From the IMG/VR virus record IMGVR_UViG_2548876865_000015: a stretch of 5,061 nucleotides of DNA, one strand, 5' to 3'. This document shows positions 1-4,956 of this stretch, one piece after another. Position numbers and translations under genes: made by a program. The number at the start of each line of letters is the position of its first letter. Within the stretch, counting starts at the first letter, position 1. Source of the DNA: a virus. Lineage: Duplodnaviria; Heunggongvirae; Uroviricota; Caudoviricetes. The notes beneath the pieces were generated by a model. The model was not told the origin of the DNA. It saw only the letters and a list, made by a program, of their open reading frames with translations, and did not search any database.

Positions 1-1026
1 TTACTTGGAATATTTTCTTGGAATATTTTCAGGTAACGGGACATCAAGTGTTGGTGAAACTTTAACCTTCCTGTCATAGATTAGCACTTGCCCTTCGGTT
101 TTGTGACCAGAGAAAAGTTGCTTATCACGGCTGCTTCCTTCATAGTCTGAAATTCCTTTCGCCTTCAGATCATGAAAGGTGAAGTCGGTTAAAATACCTG
201 AAATTTTTCCAGCACGATTTCTTGCTTCTACCCACATTTCGTTAAAGCCTTTGTACATATATCGGTTGCCGTATTGATTGCTGATCACATAGGCAGATTT
301 TGGTAACTGTTTTGCTTTTTCGATCGCTGCCTGTAATCGTGGACTCCATGCTTTTATCTGTTTTTTTCCGGTTTTCCCTTGCTGGATGAATATCCCGTCG
401 TTTCCAATCTGTTCCCATTTCAGCGATAACACATCGGAAACCCTCGCTGCACACAGATAGGCAATTTCCATTGCGATAAAAACAGGAAGAGGTGCAACGC
501 TTAATACTGCCTGGTATTCTTTGTCGGTTACATATCGTTCGCGGTTTTTGGCCTTGAATTTACTTACACCTGCACATGGGTTAGCCTTGACGTACCCTCG
601 CTCATACCCCCAACTGTAAACACGGGACATACTGCTTTTTTCATGGTTGGCTTGCGTTTTACTCTGCTCCCCTCTTTTGTCCATGTATCGACGGATGTGT
701 TCTGGTTTTATGGAATCCGCTGGTACCTTACCGAATACGGCAAGCAACTTTTTTTGATGTTGCAGATAATCTTTTTGTGTTCTTGGACTAAGGTCACTGT
801 AATAGGCGCTGGCGAGGAATTTTTCCCACAAGCGACCGAATGTCATTGCACGATCGCGATTATTTACAGTTTCCTCATACTTTTTCCATAAAGCAGCTAA
901 ACCATCCTTGATGGCGGTTAGTGTGACAGATTCTCTGGATGTTGGTTTCCATACATAACTATATTTATTTGGGTATACATTTGGAGGTAATTTTTCGTGT
1001 TCAGGATTTTTCCTTCGTCTTCCCAT
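1..1026 (-). CDS. int: Phage tyrosine integrase (lambda Int family), apparently full length, 341 aa
   Basis: Complete ORF from ATG at 1026..1024 to TAA at 3..1. The N-terminus MGRRRKNPEHEKLPPNVY resembles the arm-binding N-terminus of lambda-type Int. Core signatures are readable in the translation: R195 (AARVSD), K218 (QGKTG), H285 (FTFHDLK), H308 (SGHKT) and Y317 (VLIYDRK), with the Tyr nine residues after GHK as in lambda Int. Residue 288 is Lys where box II normally has Arg. Confidence 0.9.
   Translation of the reverse strand: MGRRRKNPEHEKLPPNVYPNKYSYVWKPTSRESVTLTAIKDGLAALWKKYEETVNNRDRAMTFGRLWEKFLASAYYSDLSPRTQKDYLQHQKKLLAVFGKVPADSIKPEHIRRYMDKRGEQSKTQANHEKSSMSRVYSWGYERGYVKANPCAGVSKFKAKNRERYVTDKEYQAVLSVAPLPVFIAMEIAYLCAARVSDVLSLKWEQIGNDGIFIQQGKTGKKQIKAWSPRLQAAIEKAKQLPKSAYVISNQYGNRYMYKGFNEMWVEARNRAGKISGILTDFTFHDLKAKGISDYEGSSRDKQLFSGHKTEGQVLIYDRKVKVSPTLDVPLPENIPRKYSK
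4..30. repeat. Perfect tandem direct repeat, 13-bp unit in two copies (CTTGGAATATTTTC at 4..17 and 17..30)
   Basis: Read directly: ttggaatattttc at 5..17 and again at 18..30. It lies in the last codons of int (…PENIPRKYSK stop), next to where the att site is expected. Confidence 0.9.
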
Positions 1027-1229
1027 CAGATCGCACCAAAATTCGGCTCTACCTCGCGTGGTGGTAAAGTTTTATTGCAGGTAAATAGATCCCGGCTGAC
1101 AATCGGTTTGCCACTACGATTGGTATAGAACGGAAGCCCGTTTTCCATTAACCATTTTCGCTGGTGGCTTGCATATTTGCAGCCCGTTAATATTAGCAAT
1201 TCATCTTCGGTTAAAAATAAGCTGCTCAT
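1026..1229 (-). CDS. Excisionase-like small protein (DUF4224-type), 67 aa
   Basis: ORF from ATG at 1229..1227 to TGA at 1028..1026. Its stop overlaps the int start codon by one base (TGATG), and it sits immediately upstream of int. The stretch LTEDELLILTGCKYASHQRKWLMENGLPF fits the pattern I remember for the phage DUF4224 family. The Xis role is assigned by position and family, not shown. Confidence 0.65.
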   Translation of the reverse strand: MSSLFLTEDELLILTGCKYASHQRKWLMENGLPFYTNRSGKPIVSRDLFTCNKTLPPREVEPNFGAI

Positions 1230-1246
1230 AGCTATATCTCATAACC

Positions 1247-1272
1247 GCCGCTAACTATATACGGTTAGCGGC
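1247..1272 (-). repeat. Perfect 9-bp inverted repeat (hairpin, 8-nt loop) in the intergenic region between the nuclease and the xis-like gene
   Basis: gccgctaac at 1247..1255 and gttagcggc at 1264..1272 are exact reverse complements around the loop tatatacg. No U-tract follows on either strand, so it is not a canonical intrinsic terminator. Confidence 0.6.
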
Positions 1273-1287
1273 AATTAGGGTTGAACA

Positions 1288-3729
1288 TTAAAAATCAGCC
1301 TGACTCGGGATCAGTTTTTGCCAGATAGCTGAAACGTATTTTGCCTGGTAACGAGCGTCATCAAGTGCATTATGGCGCTCACCTTCGAATGGGATAGCAG
1401 TTCTGGCATCGAAGTCTATGGCTTTCCCCAGCTCAACGATTGTGCGTACATCGCGATCGTTGCAGTAGCGCCATGGGCAGGGGATACCCTGTCGTTCGTA
1501 TGAACGGCGTAAAATCACGTTGTCGAAGTTGGCCCCATTACCCCAGACCTGAACAAAAAATTCACCGGAGTTTTCGTCGATAAATTCCCGCAATTGCAGT
1601 AGTGCATCATCTAACGGGATTTCATCGGTCATAATGGCAGACTGCGCTTCACGTGATTGCTTCAGCCACCATTTAATGACGTCACGATCAATGACTCCGC
1701 CAGCAGTATCCAGATCGATGGTCTTGCTAAATTCCGGTCCCATATCTCCGGTTTGTGGATCGAAAAATATTGCGCCTATTGAGATAATCGGGGCATCGGG
1801 ATTTTTTCCCATGGTTTCAAGGTCGATCATCAGATGAATCCCCGCTCTGCTGGTGGATGTGAGCTTATGATGACCATTCACCTTAATTAAGGGATCTGTC
1901 GCCTCGCCAGTTTTATTATCGCTGGCGTGATGCTGATTGCCGCCAGGGTTCTCCTTGTGTGGATGTTCAGCGCCTTCCATTTCCTCCGGATCATTTTCCT
2001 GAACTTCAACCTGATTCTCTTCATCGAATGTTTCCTGGTATGTTGCGTCGCCCATCACCGCGCCACAATCAGGGCAGTTGCCGCCACCGCTCTGACCGCA
2101 GGCGGTGCAGACTTTTTCCGGTTCCTGTTGCGCTACTGGTTCGGATTGTTTCGTTTCTGGCTCGTTTTGTAACGCATTTGGGCTGTTTTGTTCCGCTTTT
2201 TGGTCGTTCCGTTCCGATTCATGCTGGTTCTGGTTCACAGAATCGCGAGTCTGGATCCCCTTGACCCATTTCGGATCATTAGGGTCGCTAATCCCCTCAA
2301 CAAATTCACCACGCGATACAGCAAGTAACTTATCGGCGTCAGGCTGGCTGATATTGGCTGCCTGCATAATTTTGTTTACTTCGTCAGCGGTGACTTTTAC
2401 TTGGTTAGCGGAACTCACCTGCGACTGAGCATCCAGCGACTGCGCGTTCTGGCCATGTTCAGTTGTATCCGGTTCCATTGTTTCAGTTGTTGCCTGTTCA
2501 CCTGCCATTGCGTCAGATGGTTGTGGTTTTTCTTCTTCTGTTTCACGCTCAGTAACCACCTCGCGGTTAATTTCTTCCAGGATATCTTTTTCCGGCGTAT
2601 GCCGGGCAGCTGTGAGAGTTTCCTTGCTGGGGTTCTCGTGATTAGTTTCCGTCAAATAGGCGTTGATATACCCCTGAAGGCGTCCCGGGTAGTGATAAAA
2701 TTCAGGGTGTGCGCTTCGGATAAGTGCAAAAATAGCGGCGCGGGAATAGTCCAGAATACCCGGGGTTGCACGAAGTGCTGCGGACCATTCTTTGAACGGA
2801 CTTTCTTTGTTCAGGACTACTTCTTTTGCGCGACGATAAACGCTGCCCGGAATTTCATAAATATTAAAATCCATCGGAAGTGTGGCTGCTGCAATCTCCA
2901 CATCCAGTGTGTCGAGGGTGTGTACTAAATTCGGATTGCGATCGGTTTTGTTCCCACCGCCAGCATTAGCACCGGAAGCCGTGCGGGTGATGCGTGAAAC
3001 ACGATTTCCTTTCATCCACTCTTTTGTCAGCAGACCCCGATCAGTGTAGTCAGCGTCCAGGTATGCTTCGAAAAAAGCAGTTATTAGTCCCAGGTCTGAA
3101 TTACCAGGATTAGGGAAAACTTTGTCAGTGTCACGAACCAGTTTGTGGAGGTCGCGAATCTCCAGCGAGTCGAGCAGACTGGTTTTATGCGAAATAGCCA
3201 GGGCAGTAACAGCCGGTAGTTCTTCAGCCCGTGCAATGTGTAATGCCTGGAGTTCGTCGCGTGAAACGTGCGTTACTGGTTTTTCGCTGCCGTGTTGAGC
3301 AAGCCAACGAATGGGCAGTTCCTGACCGGAGACAGGCAGAAGCATGCTCTCCTCAATCTCAGTCATGTCTTCGCCGTTGATGTTGGTATTGTCAGTGCTG
3401 GCTGGTTTGTCCTGAACAGAGGGGGAAGGGCCGATAAATGTCATTGTGATGCCATCTTTCCCGCCTTTTTCATAGCGGTTGCAGAATTCAGTATCAAACA
3501 CGCCTTCTGGCGGAAGGTCGTCAACAACGGGCAAATTGACGCGGACGGGTTTTTTAAAGTCGTCTTCATCATAATCGTTGTCATCCATTGCGGTAATGCA
3601 GCGGGAGATTGCAACAGATAATTTTTTTGTTGTAGTCCAGTAAAAACCACCTTTAATTCCCAGGCGTTTTCTTACTTTGTCATTTTTTGCTTCGCAATAT
3701 AGTGCAAATTCTTCTTTATCAGTGCTCAT
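1288..3729 (-). CDS. Large prophage nuclease: RecE (exodeoxyribonuclease VIII)-like N-terminal region, acidic linker, zinc ribbon, and C-terminal DEDDh (DnaQ-like) 3'-5' exonuclease domain; 813 aa
   Basis: ORF from ATG at 3729..3727 to TAA at 1290..1288, with a GAGG Shine-Dalgarno 9 nt upstream of the ATG. The three DEDDh motifs are directly readable in the C-terminal translation: Exo I IHLMIDLETMG (D636, E638), Exo II VWGNGANFDNVIL (D736), Exo III HNALDDARYQAKY (H786, D791). Residues about 385-620 are acidic and Gln/Glu/Thr-rich, and contain CTACGQSGGGNCPDCG (C541, C544, C552, C555). The N-terminal roughly 380 aa resemble, from memory, the non-catalytic N-terminal part of Rac RecE and the truncated Qin YdfE. 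Confidence 0.85.
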   Translation of the reverse strand: MSTDKEEFALYCEAKNDKVRKRLGIKGGFYWTTTKKLSVAISRCITAMDDNDYDEDDFKKPVRVNLPVVDDLPPEGVFDTEFCNRYEKGGKDGITMTFIGPSPSVQDKPASTDNTNINGEDMTEIEESMLLPVSGQELPIRWLAQHGSEKPVTHVSRDELQALHIARAEELPAVTALAISHKTSLLDSLEIRDLHKLVRDTDKVFPNPGNSDLGLITAFFEAYLDADYTDRGLLTKEWMKGNRVSRITRTASGANAGGGNKTDRNPNLVHTLDTLDVEIAAATLPMDFNIYEIPGSVYRRAKEVVLNKESPFKEWSAALRATPGILDYSRAAIFALIRSAHPEFYHYPGRLQGYINAYLTETNHENPSKETLTAARHTPEKDILEEINREVVTERETEEEKPQPSDAMAGEQATTETMEPDTTEHGQNAQSLDAQSQVSSANQVKVTADEVNKIMQAANISQPDADKLLAVSRGEFVEGISDPNDPKWVKGIQTRDSVNQNQHESERNDQKAEQNSPNALQNEPETKQSEPVAQQEPEKVCTACGQSGGGNCPDCGAVMGDATYQETFDEENQVEVQENDPEEMEGAEHPHKENPGGNQHHASDNKTGEATDPLIKVNGHHKLTSTSRAGIHLMIDLETMGKNPDAPIISIGAIFFDPQTGDMGPEFSKTIDLDTAGGVIDRDVIKWWLKQSREAQSAIMTDEIPLDDALLQLREFIDENSGEFFVQVWGNGANFDNVILRRSYERQGIPCPWRYCNDRDVRTIVELGKAIDFDARTAIPFEGERHNALDDARYQAKYVSAIWQKLIPSQADF
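1330..1848 (-). other. DEDDh 3'-5' exonuclease domain (protein residues about 628-800) inside the 813-aa CDS
   Basis: Motif codons map to D636 at 1824..1822, E638 at 1818..1816, D736 at 1524..1522, H786 at 1374..1372 and D791 at 1359..1357. Spacing and order match DnaQ-like DEDDh exonucleases. Confidence 0.8.
2065..2109 (-). other. CxxC-x7-CxxC zinc-ribbon-like motif inside the 813-aa CDS
   Basis: The translation CTACGQSGGGNCPDCG was confirmed by reverse-complementing 2065..2109. It sits inside the low-complexity linker between the N-terminal region and the exonuclease domain. Confidence 0.6.
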
Positions 3730-3822
3730 TATTGGTAAACCTCATCACAGATTTAAGGGTGAACAAATCTCTGCCATTGCTGACATATAAGAATGAAACT
3801 GGATATTTATTACGGTGCTGTT

Positions 3823-4014
3823 TTAAAATCCTGCCGGGATTTCGTTATTATCCTGGTGAATAACTTTATCGACCGGATAACAGTTGCCTGGAATTTTCTG
3901 TTCGGTTGCTGCTGCCATACATTCCTGCATTGTTCTGTGAACACTGACTGCAATATCAACTGGCTCTCCGGAAACAAGAAAAACCGTCAGAATAAGTGCA
4001 AATACTGGATTCAT
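3823..4014 (-). CDS. ydfD: YdfD-like small protein, 63 aa, with N-terminal hydrophobic segment (Qin YdfD is reported to induce lysis)
   Basis: I favour the ATG at 4014..4012 because it overlaps the upstream stop as ATGA and has an AAGGA Shine-Dalgarno 8 nt upstream; the longest ORF starts at 4068 but would overlap the upstream gene by 58 nt. Stop is TAA at 3825..3823. The product MNPVFALILTVFLVSGEPVDIAVSV... has a hydrophobic N-terminus. Identity with E. coli K-12 YdfD is recalled from memory and needs BLASTP. Confidence 0.6.
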   Translation of the reverse strand: MNPVFALILTVFLVSGEPVDIAVSVHRTMQECMAAATEQKIPGNCYPVDKVIHQDNNEIPAGF

Positions 4015-4199
4015 TGTGCACATCCTTTTGGCATCAGACGTAAACGGGCCAGCATTGAAACAATGCATACTTTATTTAATAACTCCCGTTCGTGTTTTCT
4101 TTTGTTAATGGCATCTTCAGTAAATACAGGATTACTGATAGTGACACCAATTTCAAAACAACCTTCAGACGTATTAACGTTTGGTAATAACGTTTTCAT
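4011..4199 (-). CDS. dicB: DicB-like cell-division inhibitor, 62 aa
   Basis: ORF from ATG at 4199..4197 to TGA at 4013..4011, with a GAGGA Shine-Dalgarno 7 nt upstream that overlaps the stop of the preceding gene. The product MKTLLPNVNTSEGCFEIGVTISNPVFTEDAINKRK...MLARLRLMPKGCAQ matches my memory of K-12 DicB (62 aa) almost residue for residue, and it lies directly upstream of the YdfD-like gene as in Qin. Confidence 0.7.
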   Translation of the reverse strand: MKTLLPNVNTSEGCFEIGVTISNPVFTEDAINKRKHERELLNKVCIVSMLARLRLMPKGCAQ

Positions 4200-4209
4200 T
4201 ATCGCGTCC

Positions 4210-4767
4210 TCAACAATGAATTTTTAGTAATTGCTCCACAGTCATATTTTTAATTGCGCTCCGGTTTACAAGAGTCCAGCCTTGTTTCTCCAGATAAAAC
4301 TGGAAGGTATCCAGGGTGCAGACCATTGCACCATCAGGAACGGTTTCAGTGAATTTGATATTGCCGTGTTCGTCGAGACGGATAACCAGGGTACGTCCGT
4401 CCCCGTGAATCATTTTGTCGGGAGACGGGGCGTTATTCTGGCGCAGTTCTTTCTCCATGCGATCGAACTCAGCGATGTAGGCTTCTTTAAATGCAGCGGC
4501 TTTTTTGCCGGTGAAACCCATCACCAGGAAAACGAAGCCGTTTTTGGTGATTTGGTACATAGGGAGTTTGCGCCCGGTTGAGTCGGTATATTCACTGGGC
4601 GAAAAATTTCGCTCAGTGAATTCCGCTGAACAGTCTAGACGTGAAATTTTTGCCAGTACATCTTTGTGTGGTTTCCGGAAATACTCGGCAACAGCTAAAG
4701 AGGATGTAACAGCACGCCCATTGGCGATAGTAATTTCAGGGTGAGAAAGGGCAGGGATAGTAGCCAT
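4210..4767 (-). CDS. Rha-family phage regulatory protein with an uncharacterised C-terminal region of about 80 aa; 185 aa from the favoured start
   Basis: Stop is TGA at 4212..4210. The Rha signature is clear: RAVTSSLAVAEYFRKPHKDVLAKISRL ... PMYQITKNGFVFLVMGFTGKKAAAFKEAYIAEFDRME. I favour the ATG at 4767..4765 (MATIPALSHPEITIANGRAVTSS) because GGAGG at 4780..4776 lies 8 nt upstream and Rha domains normally sit at the extreme N-terminus. Alternative starts are 4794 and 4782. The longest ORF runs in frame to the window edge at 5061 (283 aa) and may be what an automated annotation calls. Confidence 0.7.
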   Translation of the reverse strand: MATIPALSHPEITIANGRAVTSSLAVAEYFRKPHKDVLAKISRLDCSAEFTERNFSPSEYTDSTGRKLPMYQITKNGFVFLVMGFTGKKAAAFKEAYIAEFDRMEKELRQNNAPSPDKMIHGDGRTLVIRLDEHGNIKFTETVPDGAMVCTLDTFQFYLEKQGWTLVNRSAIKNMTVEQLLKIHC

Positions 4768-4797
4768 GATGGCAGCCTCCATGATGAATTTCATTAA

Positions 4798-4903
4798 CTC
4801 ACCACCAGAGGTAGCAATCTCATGGGTGGTGAGACGCACAGGGTTGCTACAACCGGTCATCATGGAACCCGGCCAGCCTTGCGGCTGCCCTGCACGCCCC
4901 ACC
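4798..4903 (-). promoter_or_regulatory. Candidate structured RNA leader upstream of the Rha gene, with mutually exclusive helices
   Basis: On the minus-sense RNA, GGUGGGGCGUGCAGGG (from 4903..4888) can pair with CCCUGUGCGUCUCACC (from 4843..4828) over 16 contiguous base pairs: 12 Watson-Crick and 4 G-U. The same pairs are C-A mismatches on the plus sense. The enclosed loop holds a 5-bp hairpin capped by a GCAA tetraloop (4887..4874). The 3' part CUCACCACC (4833..4825) can instead pair perfectly with GGUGGUGAG (4806..4798), which is the Shine-Dalgarno-like sequence 3 nt upstream of the ATG at 4794. Confidence 0.3.
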
Positions 4904-4931
4904 ATAATCTGAATGTGGCTGTGCATTACGC

Positions 4932-4956
4932 ATAAAAAAACCGCCTGAGCGCGGTT
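4932..4956 (-). terminator. Weak candidate intrinsic terminator (short hairpin followed by a U-run) on the minus strand
   Basis: Minus-sense AACCGC-GCUCAG-GCGGUU followed by UUUUUAUG. The stem has only 4 G-C pairs plus 2 A-U pairs and a 6-nt loop, so it is marginal. It falls inside the N-terminal extension of the longest Rha ORF. Confidence 0.25.

Noticed and set aside
242-891. ORFs inside the integrase gene: minus-strand 242..454 (70 aa, other frame) and plus-strand 643..891 (82 aa)
   Set aside because: Both are fully nested within the integrase CDS, which has clear catalytic motifs; neither has its own family signature.
1160-1856. Two Chi octamers (5'-GCTGGTGG-3') on the plus strand at 1160..1167 and 1849..1856
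   Set aside because: Two in 5 kb is close to the E. coli genome-wide density, so this is not an enrichment; noted only because both share one orientation.
1634-2928. Five plus-strand ORFs (67-175 aa) at 1634..1837, 1927..2172, 1959..2264, 2105..2428 and 2401..2928
   Set aside because: All are antisense to the well-supported 813-aa nuclease gene. Their translations are Cys/Phe/Trp-rich low-complexity sequence typical of reverse-strand shadow ORFs in a GC-biased, stop-poor region, and none has a recognisable motif or a convincing RBS.
3441-3650. Minus-strand 69-aa ORF nested in the nuclease gene in another frame
   Set aside because: Wholly inside the N-terminal coding region of the 813-aa gene, with no independent support.
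3730-3822. 10-codon micro-ORF (MAEICSPLNL) in the ydfD-nuclease intergenic region, ending at the nuclease RBS
   Set aside because: No RBS of its own and no conservation information; most likely a chance ATG. A leader-peptide role cannot be supported from sequence alone.
3826-3842. AT-rich hairpin (AAATCC-TGCCG-GGATTT) at the 3' end of the ydfD-like gene
   Set aside because: The stem is short, AU-rich and inside coding sequence; too weak to call a terminator without folding energies or transcript-end data.
4011-4068. Longer start for the ydfD-like gene at 4068 (81-aa ORF)
   Set aside because: It would overlap the dicB-like gene by 58 nt and lacks a good RBS. The ATG at 4014 has AAGGA at 8 nt and an ATGA overlap with the upstream stop, and gives the 63-aa length I recall for YdfD.
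3793-4227. Plus-strand 144-aa ORF
   Set aside because: Antisense to the dicB-like and ydfD-like genes and their coupled junction; Cys-rich translation with no recognisable features.
4200-4300. Looked for a DicF-like small RNA and its terminator immediately upstream of dicB, as in K-12 Qin
   Set aside because: The sequence upstream of dicB is the 3' end of the Rha-domain ORF with no GC-rich stem plus U-tract, and I found no match to the DicF sequence as I remember it. A 6-nt CUGGUG match near 4800 is too short to mean anything.
4231-4744. Plus-strand ORFs 4231..4581 (116 aa) and 4505..4744 (79 aa)
   Set aside because: Antisense to the Rha-domain coding region, whose family signature is unambiguous on the minus strand.
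4830-4915. Checked whether the structured GC-rich region could be a tRNA or tmRNA-like gene serving as an att target
   Set aside because: No T-loop (GTTCRANYC) or cloverleaf arrangement is present; the structure is a long helix plus internal hairpin, not tRNA-like.
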